A stretch of 64,000 nt of DNA from a virus. Below the pieces are notes generated by a model. That model was not told where the DNA came from and made no database searches. It saw only the letters and a list, made by a program, of their open reading frames with translations. The stretch lies in the IMG/VR virus record IMGVR_UViG_3300045988_139374, positions 192,001 to 256,000 of that record; one strand, 5' to 3'. This document shows positions 42,612 through 50,904 of the stretch, in pieces. Each line of letters begins with the position of its first letter. The stretch's first letter is position 1. A program made the translations under genes and the position numbers.

Positions 42612-45600
42612 ATGGCTGATAAAGAAATGTATTTCGATACATCTAGTGCCAATAATCTTGGGACATTGGCACTAGAGCCTGACGAATCTATGGCTACTCC
42701 ATCGTCAGTAAAAGATAAATATGCCTTTAAAGATGCAGTAACAAGAGATGTATTGATAGGTACAATGCCTCTTATTCCTGCTGCTAATACTAAGATTGAC
42801 CCTAAATATGATGGCCATGTAAATAATACTTATAATATTCCAGAAGGCTATCATAATGGTAAAGGTACTGTTTATGTAGGAGATCTTAGCGAATATACTC
42901 CTGGTACAGCTAAGCCAGAAGATGTTTCTGCATCTAAGACTTTCTGGGTAAATGGTAAAAAATATTCTGGTACCCTAGATGTAAAGCAAGCAACCCAAGA
43001 AGCAGATGCTACACCTTGGGATATCGTTTCTCCTAAGACTGCTTGGGTAAATGGTAAGAAAGTTACTGGTTTGATTCCTTCTCTCCCTAGAAAAGATCAA
43101 AATTTACTTGCTGGAGAATCTTATACTTTTCCATATGGATTATCTGCTGGTACTACTGTAATTTCTGCTGCTGATCTAGCATCGCAAACTGTAGCTAATG
43201 CAAAGGCTAATCAGATTATAAAAGGACAAACAGCTTGGGTTAATGGTGTTAAAGTTACTGGTACATTTGATCTTGTAGAAAATACAAAAGAATATCTGAA
43301 AGAAACAAATGCTACTCAGAATCAAGTTCTGAGTAGTAAAAAATTCTATTCTTCTGTATATGGCCAAGTAATGTCTGGTACAATGCTTGACCATAGCAAT
43401 GATCCAGTTAGAACTCTTTTAAATGGAGTCACATTTACAATTCCTGAAGGATATTACTCTGGTAGAACATCTATCAAAGTTCAATCTCTTAGAGATGCTA
43501 CTATATCTAATGCTACAGAAGATACAATTCTAGTTAATAGAACAGCTTGGGTTAATGGTGTTAAAGTCACCGGCACTATGCCTATGATAGATTCTAAGAT
43601 TGTAGAACTTGGAGCTGGAGAATCTTTTGATATTAAGAAGGGTTTCCATACTGGTACTGGTAAAGTAAGAGCAAAAGATCTATCTGGAGAAACTATAGGC
43701 ACTGCTGAAGCTGGAGATCTACTAGTTGGAAAATCTATGTGGGTCAATGGTAAGAAGATAGTTGGTACAATGCCAGATATCGAAGCTTCTACTACTAATC
43801 TTAAGCCTGGTGGAACATATCAAATTCCTGAAGGTCATCATAGTGGTAATGGATCTGTAACAGTAAAATCTCTTGCATATTATACTTCTGCAAATGCTAC
43901 TGCTAGTGATATTCTTACTACTAAGAATGCTTGGGTAAATGGAGTTAAAGTAGAAGGCACTATGGCAAATAATGGTGCTGTTTCTTCTATTCTTGCTGCT
44001 GGAGCATCTTATACAGTTCCTAAAGGATATCATAATGGATCTGGTGTTATTAAGGCACAAGATCTTGCATCTCAGACTTCTGCAAATGCTGCTGCAGATG
44101 ATATTCTATCTCCCAAAACTGCATGGGTTAATGGTAAGAAAGTCACTGGCACACTAGCAATTGATGGATCTGCGTCTCAAGATGATGTAATTGCAGGTAA
44201 GACATTCTACAATAACGATCCTAAGGCTAAAAGAACTGGTACACTAACCCTTACTGGTAATGCTACTGAATCTGATGTAGTATCTGGAGTTACTTATTAT
44301 ACTACAGATCCTAAGAGAAAGCATACTGGATCTTTAACTCTTAATGGCACTGCTAATACTGCACAAGTATTGTCTGGATATACTTTCTATAAGAATAATC
44401 CTAAAGCTAAAGTAACTGGCACCATGAAGAATAATGGTGGAATATCTGCCACTCTTAATGCAAATCAGTCCTTTACTATTCCTGAAGGATATCATGATGG
44501 ATCAGGTACAATTATTGCAAATGGTCTATCTGGACAAACTTCTGGTACTGCTACTGCTAGTGATATTGCAAAAGGAGCTACTGCTTGGATTAATGGAGTC
44601 AAAGTAACTGGTACTTTGGAATTAACAGGCGATGCTACTCCTGAACAAGTTGTTGCTGGAGCCACTTTCTATAGTAATAATCTTAAGCAAAAAATGATAG
44701 GCACTATGATTCAAGTGCCTACTAAAATCGTTTCCCTTCGTGCTGGTGAATCTTATACAATTCCTGCTGGCTATTATGATGGTACATCCAAAGTATTTGC
44801 TGTAGATCTTGCTTCTCAGACTCAAGCAACTGCTGATGTAAATAAAGTTCTAGAAGGATATACGGCATGGGTTAATGGTAAAAAGATTACTGGTAAGATG
44901 CTAAACCAAGGATCTAGATCTTTTAGAGATTTAGTAGCTGGTAGTAATATTAAGATTCCAGAAGGATATTATTCTGGATATGGATATATTACTACTCTTG
45001 ATCTTGCTACTCAAACCCAATCAGATGCTACGGCAAATGATATCCTGATAACTAAAACTGCATGGGTTAATGGAGTTAAGGTTACTGGATCTATGCCAAA
45101 TAATGGATCTTGGACTCAAGAAAATGTAAATGCTGGATCAAGTGTTACTATTCCTAAGGGATATCATAATGGTTCTGGTAAAATTACTATTAAAAGTCTA
45201 AGAGATCAAACTCAATCTAATGCTGTTCCTTATAATCTACTTATTGCTAAGACTGCATGGGTTAATGGATCTAAAATTACTGGTACTATGCCAGATAATA
45301 CTGGATGGTCTTCTAAAGAAATGACCGCAGGATCTTCTGCTACCATTCCTGCTGGATTCCATGATGGTACAGGTGTTATAACTGCAAAGTCTCTTGCTTC
45401 TCAAACTCAAGCAACTGCAGGAGCTGCTGATATTCTATCTCCAAAGACTGCATGGGTTAATGGATCTAAAATTACTGGTACTATTCCTACTTATACTACG
45501 TCTAAGTTGAGAATAGCTGCTGGCTACGATACTATTCTTCCTGCTGGATATTATGCAAATCCGATTCATATTTATAGCTTGTATGGAGATGATGTTCTAG

Positions 45601-45722
45601 ACCTAACAGGTACTAGTGCAGAATATGAGCAACCTACTGAATCTCTACTGCCTAATGATGATGGATATGTTGATACGGCAGAGACTAAGCTTGTTATCAC
45701 TGCAGATCTAATAGGTGGATAA
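42612..45722 (+). CDS. tail fibre protein (1036 aa) built of ~17 tandem repeat units
   Basis: ATG 42612 follows AAAGGAGAGGAG (the ORF-track start at 42543 is rejected). There are 12 copies of [AM]W[VI]NG.K.[TVE]G plus 5 short variants (G.TFY.N.PK.K.TGT), alternating with ..AG.S.TIP.GYH.G.G...A.DLASQT. Confidence 0.9.
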   Translation: MADKEMYFDTSSANNLGTLALEPDESMATPSSVKDKYAFKDAVTRDVLIGTMPLIPAANTKIDPKYDGHVNNTYNIPEGYHNGKGTVYVGDLSEYTPGTAKPEDVSASKTFWVNGKKYSGTLDVKQATQEADATPWDIVSPKTAWVNGKKVTGLIPSLPRKDQNLLAGESYTFPYGLSAGTTVISAADLASQTVANAKANQIIKGQTAWVNGVKVTGTFDLVENTKEYLKETNATQNQVLSSKKFYSSVYGQVMSGTMLDHSNDPVRTLLNGVTFTIPEGYYSGRTSIKVQSLRDATISNATEDTILVNRTAWVNGVKVTGTMPMIDSKIVELGAGESFDIKKGFHTGTGKVRAKDLSGETIGTAEAGDLLVGKSMWVNGKKIVGTMPDIEASTTNLKPGGTYQIPEGHHSGNGSVTVKSLAYYTSANATASDILTTKNAWVNGVKVEGTMANNGAVSSILAAGASYTVPKGYHNGSGVIKAQDLASQTSANAAADDILSPKTAWVNGKKVTGTLAIDGSASQDDVIAGKTFYNNDPKAKRTGTLTLTGNATESDVVSGVTYYTTDPKRKHTGSLTLNGTANTAQVLSGYTFYKNNPKAKVTGTMKNNGGISATLNANQSFTIPEGYHDGSGTIIANGLSGQTSGTATASDIAKGATAWINGVKVTGTLELTGDATPEQVVAGATFYSNNLKQKMIGTMIQVPTKIVSLRAGESYTIPAGYYDGTSKVFAVDLASQTQATADVNKVLEGYTAWVNGKKITGKMLNQGSRSFRDLVAGSNIKIPEGYYSGYGYITTLDLATQTQSDATANDILITKTAWVNGVKVTGSMPNNGSWTQENVNAGSSVTIPKGYHNGSGKITIKSLRDQTQSNAVPYNLLIAKTAWVNGSKITGTMPDNTGWSSKEMTAGSSATIPAGFHDGTGVITAKSLASQTQATAGAADILSPKTAWVNGSKITGTIPTYTTSKLRIAAGYDTILPAGYYANPIHIYSLYGDDVLDLTGTSAEYEQPTESLLPNDDGYVDTAETKLVITADLIGG
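42870..45560 (+). repeat. about 17 tandem degenerate coding repeats (~45-55 aa) in the tail fibre gene
   Basis: Recurrent ..TAWVNG[VKS]K[VI]TGTMP.. and ..AG.S.TIP.GYH.G.G...A.DLASQT.. Nucleotide identity between some units is high, for example 43230-43262 versus 43540-43572. Confidence 0.85.
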
Positions 45723-45732
45723 TAGTAAGAAA

Positions 45733-45744
45733 AACATGATAATA
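45733..45744 (+). promoter_or_regulatory. AACA-N6-TA motif (late promoter candidate)
   Basis: AACA TGATAA TA. Lies 40 nt upstream of ATG 45784. Confidence 0.55.
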
Positions 45745-45783
45745 AATAATTAGTAATTTCATAGATAAGGAGACGATTCATTT

Positions 45784-46401
45784 ATGGCTAAGATTGAAAA
45801 CCGTAAAGTTAGAATCGAAGACTGGCAGGGTAATAGATATTTCCCTATTGGTGCTTCAGCTGATTCTACTTCTGGTACAGTTAGTGACTCTACATCTGCA
45901 TCTACAGATAAAAATGATAATACTTATACTGAAGGAACCAAGACATCTGATAGTTCTGCTAATAATGGCAGTTCTATTGTTCTAAGCTCTTCTTCTACTA
46001 GACGAGTTCTATACTCTACTATGATTTCTAATATTCCTTTTGGAAGCACTTCTATTACTTATAGAATTAAATCTTCTAAGGGATCTGGAACTATTAATCT
46101 TCTAGAGGTTAACACTTACTTTGTAGATACTTCTGGCACTAATCCTAAGTCTACTAAGATTCATACCCAAACTATCAATGGAGATCAAATTGGTACTCCT
46201 AATCAATATGTAGGGCTTGGCCACGTTGTTGACTTTAAGGGAACTGCAACTGGATCTTATATGATGAAGATTGAGTTTATTGTTTTGCCCGATACAGGTG
46301 CAGCCATATACTTTGATAATATGGCTGTTGCTCTTGCTCCTATGTCTGCAAACTCTGCAAATAAAGCATTTGTAGATCAAACTACTGTTGTTCTTCCGTA
46401 A
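45784..46401 (+). CDS. hypothetical protein (205 aa), likely fibre-associated
   Basis: AAGGAGA SD. AACA-N6-TA 40 nt upstream. S/T-rich N-terminal linker. Terminator at 46413-46449. Confidence 0.85.
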   Translation: MAKIENRKVRIEDWQGNRYFPIGASADSTSGTVSDSTSASTDKNDNTYTEGTKTSDSSANNGSSIVLSSSSTRRVLYSTMISNIPFGSTSITYRIKSSKGSGTINLLEVNTYFVDTSGTNPKSTKIHTQTINGDQIGTPNQYVGLGHVVDFKGTATGSYMMKIEFIVLPDTGAAIYFDNMAVALAPMSANSANKAFVDQTTVVLP

Positions 46402-46412
46402 AGAATTGAAAT

Positions 46413-46449
46413 CCACTACTTGGATTCACCAAGTAGTGGTTTATTCTTC
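46413..46449 (+). terminator. intrinsic terminator
   Basis: 11-bp stem CCACTACTTGG/CCAAGTAGTGG followed by TTTATTCTT. Confidence 0.75.
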
Positions 46450-46456
46450 AAAATTA

Positions 46457-46468
46457 AACATCCTTATA
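46457..46468 (+). promoter_or_regulatory. AACA-N6-TA motif (late promoter candidate)
   Basis: AACA TCCTTA TA. Lies 30 nt upstream of ATG 46498, just after the terminator at 46413-46449. Confidence 0.6.
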
Positions 46469-46497
46469 AAATATTTAGATAAGTGGAGGGCCATGAT

Positions 46498-47475
46498 ATG
46501 AAGCTGATCTCTGACTCTTATCTGTACCAAACTGCAGACTATAATAAAGAACTGTTTAAGTACATTATGGAAGCAGAGCGTGTAGATAAGAATTCTAAAG
46601 CATTTGATGACATTATATTTGCTGTGAAGCAACAAGCTACTGCGGTTCTTCTAAAAGTTTTGATGAGCAATAAGGTTGTTCTAATGATTAGAGATCCTGG
46701 AGTCTCTAGAGCATTTAAAGTACTTTATCTAAGAGATATTAAGAACGATAGTAAAGATAAGAAGGTTTTTATTGACTGTTCTGGAGTCATTAAGAAAGCA
46801 GATAACGGATCGTATAAGCTTTCTAAAGTAGGAGCTTTGATTTCTTATCTCACTGCTGCTATGGTATATATTATCTACTATAATAATCCTAGACTTATTA
46901 CTAGTAGTGCTTCTCTTATGAAGAATGGAGCATCTGCATTTACTGATATGATGCTTTATACTCTTGGATATCTAAAAGTACCTGTTACTTATGCTGATAA
47001 TAAAGAACGAATTTCTTTTGTTATGTCTGAATATTATCTTCTATGTGTAGAAGGTGTGTCTTCTAGTGGAGATACTGTATATAATATTGCAAAGCAAGTA
47101 TCTGGTATTAAAGATAAGAAAATTTGCGATTATCTACATAGTCTATTCTCATTTACTTTTGATGATGGAGCAGCAGATTTCAATAAATTCCTTGCTAAAT
47201 TTGCTGAAGTATTTCTAGATCAAAAGGAAGGCATGATTTCTCCTAAGAATAGAGCGAGACTTACTACAGATTCTTTTGTTCAGAGATGGATGTATGTATT
47301 TGGTCCTGGCACTTTCCTAGGTCTAGAATGTTTTGTTCCTTTCTCTCAGATCATTACCGACTGCTATAATGGTGCATTTTTGAATCAGCAAAATACAATC
47401 GAAAAGATTGTTGGTAGTAAGACAGTTGTTGCATTTACTAATGAGCTACTTAAAATCGGAGGGGAGAATGCATAA
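46498..47475 (+). CDS. hypothetical protein (325 aa)
   Basis: ATG 46498 follows GTGGAGG. AACATCCTTATA motif 30 nt upstream. Stop overlaps the next start (TAATG). Confidence 0.85.
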   Translation: MKLISDSYLYQTADYNKELFKYIMEAERVDKNSKAFDDIIFAVKQQATAVLLKVLMSNKVVLMIRDPGVSRAFKVLYLRDIKNDSKDKKVFIDCSGVIKKADNGSYKLSKVGALISYLTAAMVYIIYYNNPRLITSSASLMKNGASAFTDMMLYTLGYLKVPVTYADNKERISFVMSEYYLLCVEGVSSSGDTVYNIAKQVSGIKDKKICDYLHSLFSFTFDDGAADFNKFLAKFAEVFLDQKEGMISPKNRARLTTDSFVQRWMYVFGPGTFLGLECFVPFSQIITDCYNGAFLNQQNTIEKIVGSKTVVAFTNELLKIGGENA

Positions 47476-50015
47476 TGATGGATCAAAAATTCATTGATAA
47501 AATTGAAGAATTGAGACATCATACTTACTCTCGTATTACGGAACTGCAAAAAGATCTCTGTCCAATGGTTAGAAATATTTATATGAATCACCAATATGAA
47601 TATTGGTATGATGGGTATAAATATAATATTTGGGAAATAGATGTGCATCTATATGCAGTAAATGAAATTCCTTATTGCTATGATAATGAATTGAAGAATA
47701 CTGTATTTAAAGATACACTAGATCATCTTGTAGAGCAAGATAAAGTCTGGCCATTTATTCTTTTTGTAGAAGGAGTTGCAATTCCGTGGAGTAAGATAAC
47801 TATTATTCATGATTATGATTATAGTTATCTTAGAATTGATGGGCTCAAGAGAGATAGTCAACCATTTATGGCAAAAATGGTTGTATTTCCTATTGCTTCT
47901 AAATATATTAGATATGGTGAAGATAGTAATGTTCTTTTGAATCACGATAGAAAAGGATTCTATTTTGATTTAAATGGAAGAAGACTAGAAGATACTGATT
48001 TTGTTAGAATTGGTATGCGTTTAGAAATTCTAGATCCTAATATCTATTATAAAGAAATTAATCTATTTGAAACTCCTTATCAGATGATGGAATTAGAAGA
48101 TCTTCCTGTTGGATATATTCCCACTATTGATAATATCATCACTTTTAATGATACTGGCCTATTCAATGAATCCGGATCTGAGAAAAAAATTGATGATATT
48201 TATAATGGCACATTTGGATTGTTCAAAGTTCTTCAAACTACTACTCCTATTAAATGGGCAATTTGTATGTATAATACTAAGCATGCAAATATTCAACAAT
48301 CATCGATGATTAATAGAGAAGATGTAGATAAAGATCTTGTAAAATCTATCATTACAGCAAATAAGAATAATACTTCTAGTACCGATTGGAATACCATTAT
48401 TGCTCCACTTATCAAGCCTTTTGATTTCGATCATTCTAGAGATCTTACATATGAAAAGAATATTGAGAATTCTGCAAAATACATCACTCAATATGATTTT
48501 AATCTGTGGAAAGATGTATTTGCAAAAGAATCTAATGTAAGATCTATTTGTTATGAAGGAAACGATTTTAAAGCTCTCGCAGACACAGATGGATATGTTC
48601 ATCTATCTAGAAAATTTGGTGATACTATTGAATCTAGCATTATAATGTTTGTCAATAATAGACTCTATCAATATATGATTGATGTAGTATATACTACTAA
48701 TACAATCAATGTTCCTATCTTTGGAATACTAGATGGAGATCATGTAGAGATTCTTATGTTTACTATCTGTAATAATAAGATTCTTGAATTAACTGTACCA
48801 AATGCTAAGACTGATATCTATCTCCATGATGAGTATAATCTAGATGATTGCTATTTAATGTCTGAATATTGCCCAAATTCTGTGTATGAAGTTCCTGACT
48901 CTGCAGAAGATAGAAAGAATTATATTGTAGATTTTACCTATAGTTCTGTTAAAGCTAATTATTATCGTATTCAGTTTACTAATATTGAATATTATGGTAG
49001 AAAGCTTAAACTAGTTCCTAAGAAGCAATTCAGATATTATAGATTTAAGCAAAAGGATAATCAGTATAAAGTAATTCTTCCTACTCAGTTTAATTACTGC
49101 CATAACCCTGATCAATATATGATCTTTATTAATGGCCAAAAGATTGACAAGACTGAGTATACTATTACATTCATGAATAAATATCGTCCTTTTGATAAAT
49201 TGGTTCTATATTTTACTACTATTCTTGATAAAGGAGATTATATTGATATCTTCTATATCCCTGAAGTATTTGTAGAAAAATATAAACAATCTACTATTCC
49301 TAAGAGCGGTATGCTTGCTCTTACAGATACTCCTACTGATGTAAATTATCCGACTACTTATCCTCTATCTAAAGATACTTCCCTTGTTTTTATTAATGGT
49401 CTTAAGGTTAATCCTCTTGATATTAAAGATATTGATCTTAATACTTTGCTTATCAATATGGATAAGTATAATAGAGATAAAGATGGAAATATTGTTATAG
49501 ATGGTACAGGTAAGCAATCTGTTAATAAACATTATGTAGACTCTGTAAACAATATTACTATTATGGAATATATTGTAGGAGATAATAGTGTAGCACAATA
49601 CTTAATTAAGAATGGAAAATCTGTTTCTGATTCTTGGAAAGTATTTATCACTAATCTGCTTGCAAAATATGCTACTAGTGATAAACCTTATAATGGACTT
49701 CAGAAAATCTTTGGCGCTATTAATGAACTTGAGACTCCTGCTGCTAATTATAAGGATAACTTTGCTAGTCTTAAGACCATTCTCTATGACGTTATTATCG
49801 ACTTCTATCTTGGTCGTAATGATGTCACTACTGGAAATAGATTTGTCTACGATTTCCATCCTGAATACTTTGATAACGAAGCAGCAGGAAGTAATACTAA
49901 GATTGTACGTCTATTCCCCGATAAGGATAAACTACTTAATTATATTGCTACAGATCTTGTTGCTGATACAGATGATGTCAAGGATGGAAAGAAGTTTATT
50001 CCTGTTAATCAATAA
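47475..50015 (+). CDS. hypothetical protein (846 aa), probably structural
   Basis: Translationally coupled to 46498-47475. Long intact ORF. Terminator at 50021-50055. Confidence 0.9.
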   Translation: MMDQKFIDKIEELRHHTYSRITELQKDLCPMVRNIYMNHQYEYWYDGYKYNIWEIDVHLYAVNEIPYCYDNELKNTVFKDTLDHLVEQDKVWPFILFVEGVAIPWSKITIIHDYDYSYLRIDGLKRDSQPFMAKMVVFPIASKYIRYGEDSNVLLNHDRKGFYFDLNGRRLEDTDFVRIGMRLEILDPNIYYKEINLFETPYQMMELEDLPVGYIPTIDNIITFNDTGLFNESGSEKKIDDIYNGTFGLFKVLQTTTPIKWAICMYNTKHANIQQSSMINREDVDKDLVKSIITANKNNTSSTDWNTIIAPLIKPFDFDHSRDLTYEKNIENSAKYITQYDFNLWKDVFAKESNVRSICYEGNDFKALADTDGYVHLSRKFGDTIESSIIMFVNNRLYQYMIDVVYTTNTINVPIFGILDGDHVEILMFTICNNKILELTVPNAKTDIYLHDEYNLDDCYLMSEYCPNSVYEVPDSAEDRKNYIVDFTYSSVKANYYRIQFTNIEYYGRKLKLVPKKQFRYYRFKQKDNQYKVILPTQFNYCHNPDQYMIFINGQKIDKTEYTITFMNKYRPFDKLVLYFTTILDKGDYIDIFYIPEVFVEKYKQSTIPKSGMLALTDTPTDVNYPTTYPLSKDTSLVFINGLKVNPLDIKDIDLNTLLINMDKYNRDKDGNIVIDGTGKQSVNKHYVDSVNNITIMEYIVGDNSVAQYLIKNGKSVSDSWKVFITNLLAKYATSDKPYNGLQKIFGAINELETPAANYKDNFASLKTILYDVIIDFYLGRNDVTTGNRFVYDFHPEYFDNEAAGSNTKIVRLFPDKDKLLNYIATDLVADTDDVKDGKKFIPVNQ

Positions 50016-50020
50016 TAATA

Positions 50021-50055
50021 GCGGAAGGGAACTAAATCCCTTCCGCATTTTAATT
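50021..50055 (+). terminator. intrinsic terminator
   Basis: 10-bp stem GCGGAAGGGA/TCCCTTCCGC followed by ATTTTAATT. Confidence 0.75.
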
Positions 50056-50063
50056 ATTCTTAT

Positions 50064-50116
50064 TTTCACTTGTATAGTATAAAATTGAAATAGAAGGAAG
50101 AAAGAGTACTTCTATT
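50064..50116 (+). promoter_or_regulatory. promoter-like block plus 5' hairpin, element E5 (subtype 1)
   Basis: TTTCACTTGTATAGTATAAAATTGAAATAGAAG-GAAGAAAGAGTA-CTTCTATT. Lies 41 nt upstream of ATG 50157. Confidence 0.55.
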
Positions 50117-50156
50117 GGTCGTATAAAAAGATGTAAAATAAAAGGAGAAGTTTAAT

Positions 50157-50480
50157 ATGAAAAAGTCTAGCAAGTTCGTCCGTATCAATAAGCTGTTCCT
50201 GGCTACTCTGTTCGTCCTGGTTACATTGGTTGCTTTCTGGCTTGGTGGCAAGTTCACTATGATGAAGAACACTGAACTCGTAGTTGATCACTATGTCAGC
50301 TACAAAGTCAGTGCACAGGATACTCTTTCTGAAATCGCATCAAAGTATAAGATGGATGGCGAGAAAGACTATCGCCGTCAGCTTCATGCTATTCGCGAAG
50401 CTAATGATATCAACGCCGACTGTGATATCCATAGCGGTGAAGTACTTCAGATCCCTGTGTTCATCAGGGTTGTGAAGTAA
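50157..50480 (+). CDS. membrane-anchored LysM protein (107 aa), same architecture as the B. subtilis division inhibitor YneA
   Basis: AAAAGGAGA SD. N-terminal TM helix (LFLATLFVLVTLVAFWLGG) followed by a LysM-like segment (YKVSAQDTLSEIASKY..IREANDI..IHSGEVLQIP). GC-rich codons. Lies behind element E5. Confidence 0.8.
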   Translation: MKKSSKFVRINKLFLATLFVLVTLVAFWLGGKFTMMKNTELVVDHYVSYKVSAQDTLSEIASKYKMDGEKDYRRQLHAIREANDINADCDIHSGEVLQIPVFIRVVK

Positions 50481-50502
50481 ACAAGAATTAAGAGGAAAGT
50501 AC

Positions 50503-50548
50503 GAGGATCATATGATCCTCAATGCAACTCCTTTTAATTTTTTATTTA
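50503..50548 (+). terminator. possible terminator
   Basis: 8-bp palindromic stem GAGGATCA/TGATCCTC. The T-run begins only about 10 nt later. Confidence 0.4.
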
Positions 50549-50630
50549 GCTAGATATTATAATTATGAATAGAATACCAGAAGTGATATTTTATTATTCA
50601 GATTACCAATTAATAAATGGAGGTTGCATT

Positions 50631-50855
50631 ATGGGTATAGGCAAGAATCATGATTATTATATCAATCAATGTACTAAAAGAAATACATTAAAGTCAGATT
50701 TTCTAACAAATAAAGAAAAGCTTCAAATGATCTTTGATATTGATAAAGAAGCTTTAAAGAAACAATTTCCTGAATTGTATTATTGTATACTAGCGGTATT
50801 GGATGAAGATAAGATCAGTACTCCAGGAGATTATTTTAAAACTGATAATTCCTGA
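50631..50855 (+). CDS. hypothetical protein (74 aa)
   Basis: ATG 50631 follows ATGGAGG (the ORF-track start at 50565 is rejected). TGA stop. Confidence 0.65.
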   Translation: MGIGKNHDYYINQCTKRNTLKSDFLTNKEKLQMIFDIDKEALKKQFPELYYCILAVLDEDKISTPGDYFKTDNS

Positions 50856-50867
50856 AACTCAATATTA
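50856..50867 (+). promoter_or_regulatory. AACT-N6-TA variant motif
   Basis: AACT CAATAT TA. Lies 38 nt upstream of ATG 50905. Confidence 0.35.
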
Positions 50868-50904
50868 CTGGTATAACTAATTTGTTTTATAAGGAGATAA
50901 ACAA

